Below, piece by piece: positions 18,292 to 27,124 of a stretch of DNA of 64,000 nucleotides (positions within the stretch are counted from its first letter, which is position 1; every line of letters starts with the position of its first letter). The notes below the pieces were generated by a model. The model did no database searches. It was not told where the DNA came from and was given only the letters and a program-made list of their open reading frames with translations. Source of the stretch: a virus. Location of the stretch: the IMG/VR virus record IMGVR_UViG_3300037264_006630, positions 96,001-160,000 of that record, one strand, 5' to 3'. Position numbers and translations under genes: made by a program.

Positions 18292-18389
18292 CTGGAGTCG
18301 GCGACGACAGTTGAGCCGCTACTCCGGACCAGCCTTCGCGCACATGAACGTGCGCACGAACGGCACGCCGCGTGCTGTAGTATCCGGGC
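18292..18389 (+). promoter_or_regulatory. sigma54 promoter module M10
   Basis: UAS variant (TGG-N11-ACA) at 18292-18310; operator TTCGCGCA-N10-CGCACGAA at 18335-18360; CGGCACGCCGCGTGCT (GG 18362, GC 18374); ATG 14 nt later. Confidence 0.8.
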
Positions 18390-19544
18390 ATGCAAGCGCT
18401 CCTGAACATCACGACGACGAGGCCCGGCCGCACTGACCGTGGCGTCATCGACGATGACGCGGTTGCGGCGCTGCTCGCCGCCAACGCGCCGGTGGCGATC
18501 GGCGTGTCGGGCGGGAAGGACTCCTGCGCCTGCGCGCTGAAGACCATCGAGCACCTCGACGCGATCGGTCACACCGGCCCCCGCGTCCTGGTCCACAGCG
18601 ACTTGGGCCGGGTGGAGTGGGCGGATTCGGGCCCCACCTGCGAGCGGCTGGCCGCCCACCTCGGCCTCGAGTTGCTGACCGTCCGTCGCGAGGCTGGCGA
18701 CATGATGGACCGCTGGCTCGTCCGCTGGTCCAACAACTGCGAGCGCTACCGCACCCTCCGGTGCGTGAAGAAGATCCTGCCCTGGTCGACGCCGGCCATG
18801 CGGTTTTGCACCAGCGAGATGAAGACCGCCGTCATCTGCCGTGCCCTGGTGGCGCGCTTCCCGGGCCAGACCATCGTGTCGGCCAGCGGCATCCGCCGCG
18901 AGGAGAGCGCCCGACGGAAGAAGGCGCCGATCTCCAAGCCGCAGAAGAAGCTGACCAGCACGACCCGCTGCACCACCGGCCTGGACTGGAACCCGATCCT
19001 CGAGTGGACCAAGACCGACGTGTTCGCCTTCTGCGCTGACCGCGGCTTCGCGATGCACGAGGCGTACGCCACCTACGGGGTGACGCGGGTGAGCTGCGTG
19101 TTCTGCATCATGTCGAGCGCCGACGACCTCGTGGCCTCGGCCGCGTGCCTGGGCAACCAGGACGTCTTCCGCGAGATGGTCGACCTGGAGATTCGCAGCA
19201 CCTTTGCCTTCCAGGGCGGCAAGTGGCTGGCTGATTCTGCACCCCACCTGCTCGACGCCGACCGCCGCGCGGCCCTCGTGGTCGCCAAGGAGCGTGCAGC
19301 CCGGCGAGTGGCGGCGGAGAGCCGGATCCCCAAGCACCTCCTCTTCACCAAGGGCTGGCCCACCGTCATGCCCACCGCGGAAGAGGCGGTGATGCTGTGC
19401 GAGGTTCGCTCCGAGGTGGCCGCGCTGCTCGGCCTCACCATCGAGTACACCGAGCCCGCGGCGCTACTCGGGCGCTACCGCGAGCTGATGGCGATGAACG
19501 CGGCAAAGGTGCAGGTCGATGACGAGGACGACGACGACGCTTGA
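18390..19544 (+). CDS. PAPS-reductase-family protein
   Basis: IGVSGGKDS PP-loop, RFCTSEMK, GIRREESARR, WNPILEW, RVSCVFC. Confidence 0.85.
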   Translation: MQALLNITTTRPGRTDRGVIDDDAVAALLAANAPVAIGVSGGKDSCACALKTIEHLDAIGHTGPRVLVHSDLGRVEWADSGPTCERLAAHLGLELLTVRREAGDMMDRWLVRWSNNCERYRTLRCVKKILPWSTPAMRFCTSEMKTAVICRALVARFPGQTIVSASGIRREESARRKKAPISKPQKKLTSTTRCTTGLDWNPILEWTKTDVFAFCADRGFAMHEAYATYGVTRVSCVFCIMSSADDLVASAACLGNQDVFREMVDLEIRSTFAFQGGKWLADSAPHLLDADRRAALVVAKERAARRVAAESRIPKHLLFTKGWPTVMPTAEEAVMLCEVRSEVAALLGLTIEYTEPAALLGRYRELMAMNAAKVQVDDEDDDDA

Positions 19545-19581
19545 CCATCGCACGTTTCGTGCGTATGGTCGTGTGTATGAA
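19541..19581 (+). promoter_or_regulatory. sigma70-type promoter S3 with operator
   Basis: TTGACC-N17-TATGGT-N7-ATG; operator TTCGTGCG-N10-TGTATGAA at 19556-19581. Confidence 0.75.
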
Positions 19582-20275
19582 CGCAACGCAGTCGCGGAAC
19601 CATCGCGCCGCGGCCCGGGAGATCCGGGACCGCCGGTCCCCCATGCCCAACATTTCGACCGATGATCGCACCCTGGTCACCGCTGCTCGGCGCCCCGTGG
19701 CCACCTGCCCGCCCGGCTACAGCGTGTCGGTCGGCAAGGGCGGGACGTTCCTGCCGTACAGGGGAGACCAGTCGTGGGGCTGGTGCGGTGGCGTTCACCA
19801 GTCCAGGGAGTCCGCCGTGGGCGAAGCCTGGGACCACTACGATCGCCAGGTCACCCCCGTCGATCGGCGCACCGGCATGGTCGAGATCGACGGGGTGTGG
19901 CAGTGCCGTGCCCCCGGCGAGTTCGCGCGCCGCCTGACGCGGAAGGGCGCGGCGTCCTGGCTCGCCAAGCGCGGACTCAACCCCGACGGCACCCCGATCG
20001 CGACGCCCGCCGATACCGAGGCCGCCGCCAAGGTGATGGCCTACGCCGACCGTCACGTCGCCAACCGCGGCCTCAAGCCGACCTTCCCCGCCCTCTGGCC
20101 GTGCGATCGCACGGTGCTGGACGCCTGGCCGGTCGTGGACGTCAACCACCCCAACCCGACCATCAAGACCGAGATCGCCCACTTCACCACCCGCGCGCTC
20201 GCGATGGCCGCCGTTGCCGCGGCCGAGGCGAAGCACGCCGACGTGATCACCGCGCAGCGCGGCCGAGGCGAATGA
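19577..20275 (+). CDS. Hypothetical protein
   Basis: Leaderless ATG within the operator; alternative start 19643. Confidence 0.65.
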   Translation: MNATQSRNHRAAAREIRDRRSPMPNISTDDRTLVTAARRPVATCPPGYSVSVGKGGTFLPYRGDQSWGWCGGVHQSRESAVGEAWDHYDRQVTPVDRRTGMVEIDGVWQCRAPGEFARRLTRKGAASWLAKRGLNPDGTPIATPADTEAAAKVMAYADRHVANRGLKPTFPALWPCDRTVLDAWPVVDVNHPNPTIKTEIAHFTTRALAMAAVAAAEAKHADVITAQRGRGE

Positions 20276-20487
20276 CGCCACCGGTCATAATCGCCGTCGT
20301 GTTCGGCGGGTTGCTCTACACGTTCATCGGTGCGGCCTTGGCGCTGTTCCGGTCCCGCGGCGCAGGGCGCGGCATCTGGGATGGAGCCTTCACGGCTGCC
20401 GTTTGGCCAGTGCTGATCTATCTCGTCTGGATGACCATCGTGATCCGTTGCATCGAGCGCATGTTCGCTTCGACGAAAGGCCGCTGA
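20272..20487 (+). CDS. Small membrane protein
   Basis: Two hydrophobic segments. Confidence 0.6.
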   Translation: MTPPVIIAVVFGGLLYTFIGAALALFRSRGAGRGIWDGAFTAAVWPVLIYLVWMTIVIRCIERMFASTKGR

Positions 20488-20489
20488 CC

Positions 20490-20660
20490 ATGGCACGCAG
20501 AACCAGCATCCAGCCCAAGGACACGCACTGGCCGCCGGCCGGTGTCCGCGACATCCGGCCTGACGACCCGATGAACGCGGGGCCCCTGACCATCCGTCTC
20601 GGCAACCAGTTCGCCGCTGCCTTCGCGAAGATGAAGGCCAAGCAAGGAGCCAGTCAGTGA
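20490..20660 (+). CDS. Small hypothetical protein
   Basis: Fills operon gap; coupled to next gene. Confidence 0.5.
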   Translation: MARRTSIQPKDTHWPPAGVRDIRPDDPMNAGPLTIRLGNQFAAAFAKMKAKQGASQ

Positions 20661-21043
20661 TCACCTACGGCATCATCTACGCCATCGTCGCCGTCGTCGT
20701 GGTGTGCGGTCTCATCCTCGCCACCGACTACACCGTCGACCGGCTCAAGCTCCTGGCCCGCGGCATCCTCTGGCCGGTCACGCTCTTCCAGATCCTCTAC
20801 CTGTTCATCGCGGGCGTCGTCTGGCACCGGCGGATCAGCGGTCCGCACAAGCGTCTCCAGGTCGCCTACGCGGACTGGCAGACCGCCAACGCAAAGACGT
20901 TCGTGCGGCGGTCCTTCCACGAGTTCGTGCGCGACGTGTACTGCCAGCGGCGGATCTCGGGCGCTGTCGATCCGGTCCCGTCCGAGAGCTTGCTGGCCGA
21001 CGCCAAGCGCTGGATCGATCTCGAAGTCAGGCGCCCGAAGTGA
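20657..21043 (+). CDS. Membrane protein
   Basis: Two N-terminal TM segments; AGGAG SD. Confidence 0.6.
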   Translation: MITYGIIYAIVAVVVVCGLILATDYTVDRLKLLARGILWPVTLFQILYLFIAGVVWHRRISGPHKRLQVAYADWQTANAKTFVRRSFHEFVRDVYCQRRISGAVDPVPSESLLADAKRWIDLEVRRPK

Positions 21044-21375
21044 GCGGCATCGTCATCCAGGACCACGTTGGCAAAGACGGCACCCGCTCGGCGCTGATCG
21101 TCGACACCTCGCGCACCGAGGAGTTGGGCGGCCCGGTCATCCTCGCGGCCGTGCCCGAGGCGCAGGTGCTCGGGCTCTACGATGCGATCGGCAAGTGGCT
21201 CTACGTGGAGGTGGTGGTCCAGGAAGTTGGCAACGTGAGGTTGGTCAGGAATGCTCTCGGGCTCTGGGGAGTGCTTGTCAGCAACCCCTACGGTATCTGC
21301 GCCCCCTGTCGCTACGAGACGTCCGAGAGGGTCGCGCGTGAGGAGTTCCATCAGCGGACCAGAGGGACGCCGTGA
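21040..21375 (+). CDS. Hypothetical protein
   Basis: GTGA coupling. Confidence 0.55.
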   Translation: MSGIVIQDHVGKDGTRSALIVDTSRTEELGGPVILAAVPEAQVLGLYDAIGKWLYVEVVVQEVGNVRLVRNALGLWGVLVSNPYGICAPCRYETSERVAREEFHQRTRGTP

Positions 21376-22379
21376 CGCCGCTGATGGAGCGTGCGCTCAT
21401 CGAGCTCGCCGGCCGCGTCGATCCGGCCGTCCGCGGCGTGGTCGCCTTCTCGCTCGGCTTGAAGTCGCGCGCACTGGTGACGCCGTTCTGCAAGCTCGAG
21501 GACGAACGACTGATCGAGCGCACCGGCGACTCTGACCACTGGCGGATCACCGAGAAGGGCCTGGCCTACGCCGTCCACGGCATCGCCGACACCCCGGCGG
21601 GCATCGTCGCGCGCTACCGAGCCCTCGTCGATGCCCGGGAGGCAGTGGTTCCGCCCGTCCGTGATGCGCGCCAGGTCGCCGCCGATGCGCGCCTCGCCGA
21701 TCTCATCGCCGCCGCGGCCCGGGACGGCGACCTGACGGAGACCGACCTCGCGGGCGTCATGGTCGGCCTGCCGATGTCCAGGCTCGGCACCATGGCCGAG
21801 TACATCACCCGCATGGTGATCGAGTTGCGCCGCCGCCGCGAAGCCGTCGCCACCCAGGCGCCAGCGGCGTACCAGGTGGTCGGTGTGGCCGGGAACGAGC
21901 TGCTAACGACCTCGTCCGCGGACACGGCCGCGGCGCGGGTGCGCGATGCGGGACAGGGCGCAACGGTTCGTCCGCTCTACACCGCCGCATCGATCGGTCC
22001 CGACGACTCGCCGCTCATGGAGGAACTGCGCCAGCATCGCGAGCGCGTCGAGGATGCGAGGCTGGGCGCGATCGCGACAGGCACGCCGGAAGGTGTGGGT
22101 CCGGCGGAACCGTGGGACCAAGCCGAGCTCGAAGCGTTCGCCGAAGAGGTGACGCTGCTCGACGGCGTGCAGATGGCGATGTTCAACGGCTCCGCCGTGG
22201 CCAGCCTCGCCTGCGAGGTTCTGCGCAGCCGGCGCGCGCTCTCTGACCCGGCGCTCCAACCGCCGTGGCTACCCGACCTGCTCGCGATGTTCGGCTGGCA
22301 AGGCGGGACGTACAGTCAAGCTCTCGCCGAGGTGCGCCGACTGCGTGCCTTCGAGCTCGCCGCCCCGAAGGGATCCTGA
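21372..22379 (+). CDS. Mosaic hypothetical protein
   Basis: Long GC3-biased coupled ORF. Confidence 0.65.
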   Translation: MTPLMERALIELAGRVDPAVRGVVAFSLGLKSRALVTPFCKLEDERLIERTGDSDHWRITEKGLAYAVHGIADTPAGIVARYRALVDAREAVVPPVRDARQVAADARLADLIAAAARDGDLTETDLAGVMVGLPMSRLGTMAEYITRMVIELRRRREAVATQAPAAYQVVGVAGNELLTTSSADTAAARVRDAGQGATVRPLYTAASIGPDDSPLMEELRQHRERVEDARLGAIATGTPEGVGPAEPWDQAELEAFAEEVTLLDGVQMAMFNGSAVASLACEVLRSRRALSDPALQPPWLPDLLAMFGWQGGTYSQALAEVRRLRAFELAAPKGS

Positions 22380-22381
22380 CC

Positions 22382-23359
22382 ATGCCACCCACCCTGCTCG
22401 AGCTCTACGATCGCCTCATGACGATGGAGGGCACCGACATCCGCAACGAGGTCGCCACCCTGTGCGGGATCATGAGCGGCATCGAGGGCCGGGTGGAGAA
22501 GATGCGGCGCGGCTTCGTGCCGCTCTCCGACCTCGAAGACTGGAAGGAGCGCGCGAGGGAGGCGGGAAGCCGCCACCAGATGTTCGCGTTCGCGCTCGAC
22601 GGCATCGGCAAGATGGTCGGCGTGGCCATCGACCAGGAAGAGGGCTGGACGCACGAGGACATCGACCGGCTGGAGGCCGCGGTGTCGGCGGCGCTCCGTG
22701 ATGCCGGCATCGCCGATGCAGGCGGGATCACTGCGGGCCGACTGGCCGGGGCGTGGGCTCGGATGGAAGGCGACCCGGCGCACGCCGACAAGGACCCGAT
22801 CGATCGGGCCGGCGTGGTGCTGGGCCAGCTCAGACACAAGCCAGCGGCCACGGTCGAGACGCCGACCCAACAGCCGTACGGCTACGTCGTCACCAAGGCC
22901 CGGCCCGGCGCGTCCTTCACGACCAGCAAGGCCATCGCCGATGGGATGGTGAAAGCCCGGGACGGTGCCGAACTCGTCACGGTCTACACGGCGCCGATGC
23001 CGCCGCAGCCGTTCGCTCCGGCCAAGCGCTCCCGGCCGAGCTGCACCAACTGCCTCATCGCCAACCGCGATGACATCGACCACCGCACGGTCGACTGCCC
23101 GCATCAGACCCTCACCGTCCTCGTCGCGCTGGCTTCCCCGGACTTCATTCAGCGCCGGTTCCACGTCCGCTGTCTGATCGGCTCAAGCGACGGCCCTGCC
23201 TTCGCGCGGATCCGCTGCGGACCCAGCGGTGTACTTCAACTCGCGTGGTCCGACTCCCCCACGCGCGAGCCATGCTCCTGGGAGTTGCTCGACTGGACCG
23301 CAGACCTCATCGCCGCCGAGCAGGTCTCCTTCGTCCCGGCTCCGCCGGAGGATGCGTGA
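22382..23359 (+). CDS. Mosaic hypothetical protein with CTNC Zn knuckle
   Basis: N-terminal coiled coil; CTNC..H..VDC. Confidence 0.65.
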   Translation: MPPTLLELYDRLMTMEGTDIRNEVATLCGIMSGIEGRVEKMRRGFVPLSDLEDWKERAREAGSRHQMFAFALDGIGKMVGVAIDQEEGWTHEDIDRLEAAVSAALRDAGIADAGGITAGRLAGAWARMEGDPAHADKDPIDRAGVVLGQLRHKPAATVETPTQQPYGYVVTKARPGASFTTSKAIADGMVKARDGAELVTVYTAPMPPQPFAPAKRSRPSCTNCLIANRDDIDHRTVDCPHQTLTVLVALASPDFIQRRFHVRCLIGSSDGPAFARIRCGPSGVLQLAWSDSPTREPCSWELLDWTADLIAAEQVSFVPAPPEDA

Positions 23360-23664
23360 GCGAGGCGCCGCTGGTCGGCGGCGACCTGCACGTCTCCGCG
23401 GTCTGGTACGGCCAGAACACCGAGCGTGCGACCCGCGACGGCATGGTCTCCCTGACGCTGTCGACGCCAATCGGCGATCTGCACCAAGACCTGGGGCCGC
23501 TGTCCGCCGTCTCCTTCGGTCGCGCGCGGTCGATCGCCGACCGGCTGGGGGCGCACTTCGTGGTCCACCACGCGCTGGTCGCACTGGTCACGTCGTGGGG
23601 CTGCGATGTTTCGTGCCCCTGCGCCGACTGCTCGGCCAAGTCTCGGTCCGGCAAGCGTCCTTGA
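23356..23664 (+). CDS. Hypothetical protein
   Basis: GGAGG SD; stop overlaps the -35 box of S4. Confidence 0.55.
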   Translation: MSEAPLVGGDLHVSAVWYGQNTERATRDGMVSLTLSTPIGDLHQDLGPLSAVSFGRARSIADRLGAHFVVHHALVALVTSWGCDVSCPCADCSAKSRSGKRP

Positions 23665-23701
23665 CGCGCCAGACGTTCGCGCGTATCGATATGTGTATGA
23701 A
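23661..23701 (+). promoter_or_regulatory. sigma70-type promoter S4 with operator
   Basis: TTGACG-N17-TATCGA-N7-ATG; operator TTCGCGCG-N10-TGTATGAA at 23676-23701. Confidence 0.7.
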
Positions 23702-23720
23702 CGTTCGGAGCCCCGCATGA
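23697..23720 (+). CDS. 7-aa leader micro-ORF MNVRSPA
   Basis: Leaderless ATG in S4; its TGA overlaps the ATG of the next gene (ATGA). Confidence 0.5.
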   Translation: MNVRSPA

Positions 23721-24166
23721 GCAAGTCCACATCCACCAGCGCCCCCCGCCAGCGCCGCCGCCACGTCACGCCGCCGGGTGCCACCCCGCCGCCCGCCGCG
23801 CCGCGCCGCGCCGCCAAGCCCGCCATCGCGCCGCCGGTCGAGTGGGACCCGAGCCGCACGAGGATGGCCGGCAACAGCCGCATCCAGGTGCCGGCGACCG
23901 ACGAGCAGAAGACGCTGCTCAAGCGCGCCGCCGACGCGGCCGGCTTCGGCAACGTCCGCGCCACCGGCGGCATGGGCGCCTACATCGCCAACCGCGTCCT
24001 GGTGGTCGCCGCCGCCGAGCTGGCCGGCGAGGCGCCGCTGGTCCTGGGGGCCAAGGTCGCCGCCGACGCCAAGGCTCTCGCCGCCGCCGAGGGCTGCACC
24101 TCGGACGATCTCATCGCCAAGTCGCTCGATATGCTCCGCGCGGTGCGCGCCTCGGCCTCGCGGTGA
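23717..24166 (+). CDS. Ribbon-helix-helix (DUF1778-like) DNA-binding protein
   Basis: SRIQVPATDEQKTLLKRAADAAG, plus a second RHH-like repeat near the C-terminus. Confidence 0.6.
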   Translation: MSKSTSTSAPRQRRRHVTPPGATPPPAAPRRAAKPAIAPPVEWDPSRTRMAGNSRIQVPATDEQKTLLKRAADAAGFGNVRATGGMGAYIANRVLVVAAAELAGEAPLVLGAKVAADAKALAAAEGCTSDDLIAKSLDMLRAVRASASR

Positions 24167-24774
24167 ACGACGCGCCGGACGACCAGCGGGCGGACAGGGA
24201 TCGGCGCCGCGCCGAGTGCATCCGCCTCAAGGTCTACCGGCGCACCGCGAGCGAGATCGATCTGGCTTGGCTCGCCCGCTGGGAGGTCAGCGCCACGGCC
24301 CGGCGCCCTCGGCACTCGCGCCCGCCGGTGGACATCGAGCCGGTGGTGAAGACGATCTGCCGCGACCACGGCGTGACGCTGGACGAGCTCCGCGAGAAAG
24401 GGCGGGCCCGTCGCCCCGAGGTCAAGCTGGCTCGGCGGCTTTTGGTACGGGCCCTCAACCTAGCTGGCAGCACGCCATCACAGATTGGCGAGGTGCTCGG
24501 GCGACCGGGGCCGATCGCGTCCAAGATGATCGGGAGGGCCAAGCATGCCGCGGGGCTCATCGACGACCGAGCCAATGCTCTCCTCATCGATGCGCGCGGT
24601 GCGGCGGCCGGCGAGGTGGTGATGCTGCCTGTCGTGGTGGGGTCGGAGGCGTGGTGCTACCTGGACCGGCTGGCCGAGATCGAGGAGATCACCGGTGCGG
24701 CGATCGCGAAGGCTGCCCTCCGCGCCGGGCTCGGTCTGCGGACGCGCACCGACCATGCCGTGGGGGCCGAGTAA
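24163..24774 (+). CDS. DnaA C-terminal-like HTH DNA-binding protein (candidate late regulator)
   Basis: VVKTICRDHGVTLDELR..R..VKLARRLL...STPSQIGEVLGR resembles the Bac_DnaA_C/TrpR-like HTH. Confidence 0.6.
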   Translation: MNDAPDDQRADRDRRRAECIRLKVYRRTASEIDLAWLARWEVSATARRPRHSRPPVDIEPVVKTICRDHGVTLDELREKGRARRPEVKLARRLLVRALNLAGSTPSQIGEVLGRPGPIASKMIGRAKHAAGLIDDRANALLIDARGAAAGEVVMLPVVVGSEAWCYLDRLAEIEEITGAAIAKAALRAGLGLRTRTDHAVGAE

Positions 24775-24780
24775 ACAGCG

Positions 24781-24813
24781 ACCTTGCGTTGCGGGTGACG
24801 CCCGGAACATCCT
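24781..24813 (+). promoter_or_regulatory. Late-type promoter L1
   Basis: ACCTTGCGT-N18-CATCCT; ATG 7 nt later. Confidence 0.55.
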
Positions 24814-24820
24814 GCCTGGC

Positions 24821-25243
24821 ATGGGCTCTCCCGTCGTTCACCGCAAGCGGAACTTCGCCACGAAGTCGATCGAGGAAGTGGCGTTCGATGTGATGTTCCG
24901 CGGGTTCCGCTGCACGAGCTGCGGCAACCCCAGGCCCTGCATCCGCATCCAGATGTTCTGCGCGATCGACGACCTGCCGCCGGTCTGGAAGGTCGCGGTG
25001 GAGCGGATGAAAGCGGCCGGCGAGCTGCGCACCGTGAACCTCAAGACGAGCGACCCGAACAAGCCCAAGCCCGGCATCCGGGTGGGTGAGGCGTACGCCT
25101 GCCATTCCTGCAAGCGCGAGCTCGAGATCGCGGCGGCCAGGGCGCCGAGCTTCTACGTGGTGGCGATCGATCGGCAGGAGCAGACGGCGGGCGCGCAGGT
25201 CCAGGGCGGGCTGATCCTGCTCCCCTCCCACGCCGGGGGGTGA
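24821..25243 (+). CDS. Zn-finger protein (CTSC...CHSC)
   Basis: Two CxxC pairs. Confidence 0.7.
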   Translation: MGSPVVHRKRNFATKSIEEVAFDVMFRGFRCTSCGNPRPCIRIQMFCAIDDLPPVWKVAVERMKAAGELRTVNLKTSDPNKPKPGIRVGEAYACHSCKRELEIAAARAPSFYVVAIDRQEQTAGAQVQGGLILLPSHAGG

Positions 25244-25246
25244 GGC

Positions 25247-26695
25247 GTGGACCTCAAGCGCTACCTCGCGATCCTCCGCGAGCAACGGCACCGGCTGGAG
25301 GTGATGGCGAGGGTCCAGGGGGTGGTGCCGCTCCGGGGGGTCTACGACGCGCTGCTCGCCACCATCGCCAAGGGGTCAGGCGGCGGGAAGATGGACCGAG
25401 GCCAGCAGATTGAGATCATGCAGCGCGCGCGGCAGGCGATGTCGCGGTTCGTCCGCTCCGGCGCCGACGTGCTCAACATCGCCGCGGCCCACGTCGTCAC
25501 CGCCACCGCCGGGCAGGCGTTCGGCGTGATGTCGGCGCTCGAGCGGGACCGGACAGGACGACCGCTGATCATGTCCGACCGTGCCCGCGACGCGATCGCG
25601 TCGGCAGGGCCCAAGCCCGGAACGCTCATCGGCGCGCACCAGCGCAGCCTCGCCAGGTACGGCGCCCACGTCGTCACCCGGATCGACGAGCAGGTGAGTG
25701 CCGGGCTGGCGCTGGGGGAGACGCACACCGAGGTCATCGACCGGGTGATGGGAGCAGCCGACCTCGAGTGGTACCAGGCCGACCGCATCGCGCGCACCGA
25801 GCTTTCCTACGCCGGCAACAGCGCGGCGCGCGCGGCGATCGGCAAGGAGCACGAGATCCTGGGCGATGTGTACTCGCAGTGGACCGAGAACGCCGACGAG
25901 GACGGGCGACCGCTGGACGACATCGTGTGCGTCGACTCGCTGGCGCTGCACGGTCAGATCGCCGGGCCCGGTCAACTCTTCGTCATGCCGCCTACCTCGG
26001 TCTACCCGGACGCTCGTGGGCGCACCGAGGTCCCCCTCAAGATGATCGGCATGACCTGGGCCCATCCGCCAAACCGTCCGAACGACCGCTCCGTGATCGG
26101 ACCCTGGCGTCCGCATTGGGCGACCCCAGGTTGGCGCTGGGAGGAAGAGGCCCGCATCGACAAGCGGAAGTCGCTCGAGGATGCCGAGCCGGGACAGGAA
26201 GAGCCGGCGAGCGAAGAAGACCTGGCCGCCGCGCGCCGGGTGCAGGTGCAGTCGGCCAAGGCGTTGGCGCAGACCCAGGGCGAGGCACCGCGTGGACTCA
26301 GTGGGCGTCCGCGCCAGCCGCCGGACGCTCCGGCTGTCCCGGGCGCCGCGCCGCGCCGCGCATCGGTCGCGGCTCCAGTCGTCGCTCCGCCCGGCGGCGG
26401 ACGATCGGCTCCTCCGGCCCGGACGATTCCCGCTGCCACGCCAGGTGCGCGGCCTACGCTGCTCCCGGCGCCGACCATCGCCGAAGGTCGCGCCCGCGCC
26501 TTGGAGTCGACGGGCACGCCGCAACAGCGCGCGCAGGAGTTCCTCCTGGATCGCGCCAAGCGGCGAGACTCCGCAGACGAGGCAATGCGGACGATCGACA
26601 AGATCGTGGCAGACGCGGCCTCTGCCGCCGCCAAGGATATGCCACCTCCGAAGCCATCACGGCCGCATCCCAAGCCGCCCAAGAAGGGCAAGTAG
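25247..26695 (+). CDS. MuF/SPP1-gp7-like head morphogenesis protein with Pro/Ala-rich C-terminal tail
   Basis: QADRIARTELSYAGN and HPPNRPNDRS motifs. Confidence 0.75.
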   Translation: MDLKRYLAILREQRHRLEVMARVQGVVPLRGVYDALLATIAKGSGGGKMDRGQQIEIMQRARQAMSRFVRSGADVLNIAAAHVVTATAGQAFGVMSALERDRTGRPLIMSDRARDAIASAGPKPGTLIGAHQRSLARYGAHVVTRIDEQVSAGLALGETHTEVIDRVMGAADLEWYQADRIARTELSYAGNSAARAAIGKEHEILGDVYSQWTENADEDGRPLDDIVCVDSLALHGQIAGPGQLFVMPPTSVYPDARGRTEVPLKMIGMTWAHPPNRPNDRSVIGPWRPHWATPGWRWEEEARIDKRKSLEDAEPGQEEPASEEDLAAARRVQVQSAKALAQTQGEAPRGLSGRPRQPPDAPAVPGAAPRRASVAAPVVAPPGGGRSAPPARTIPAATPGARPTLLPAPTIAEGRARALESTGTPQQRAQEFLLDRAKRRDSADEAMRTIDKIVADAASAAAKDMPPPKPSRPHPKPPKKGK

Positions 26696-26714
26696 ACCAC
26701 GCTCCGCACACTTG

Positions 26715-26747
26715 ACCTTGCGCGCGCTTCTGCGCGCTCGGCATCCT
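26715..26747 (+). promoter_or_regulatory. Late-type promoter L2
   Basis: ACCTTGCGC-N18-CATCCT. Confidence 0.55.
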
Positions 26748-26774
26748 CCGGCGCAAGTAGGAGGATTGCCACCC

Positions 26775-27122
26775 ATGTTCCCCGCCGCATCGCCCATCGC
26801 GAGCCCCCTGATCGGGGGTGACCCCGCCGTCACTCCGGTCGCAGCCCCCCTGCCCGAGCCCGCCGCCGCCTGGTCGGAGGCCGCCGCGCAGGCGGTGAAG
26901 GACCACGCCGCCCTCATCGCGTCGGTCACCTCCGCGCTCGAGAACGCCGAGGAGAGCGACTTCTGCGAGAAGCCCGACGAGGATCTCATGAAGGCCGCGC
27001 TCGTCACCCTCACCGGCATGACCGCCGATCTGGCCAAGGTCGTCGAGGCAGCGAAGGTCGCCGTCGAGGACGAAGCCGAGGCCGCCGAGCAGGCTGCCGC
27101 GGAAGCCGCTCCCCCGGGCTGA
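26775..27122 (+). CDS. Acidic helical hypothetical protein
   Basis: AGGAGGA SD. Confidence 0.7.
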   Translation: MFPAASPIASPLIGGDPAVTPVAAPLPEPAAAWSEAAAQAVKDHAALIASVTSALENAEESDFCEKPDEDLMKAALVTLTGMTADLAKVVEAAKVAVEDEAEAAEQAAAEAAPPG

Positions 27123-27124
27123 CC

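Noticed and set aside
2901-18389. CRISPR array interpretation of the repeated palindromes
   Set aside because: Repeats are kilobases apart, separated by genes and degenerate; no cas genes
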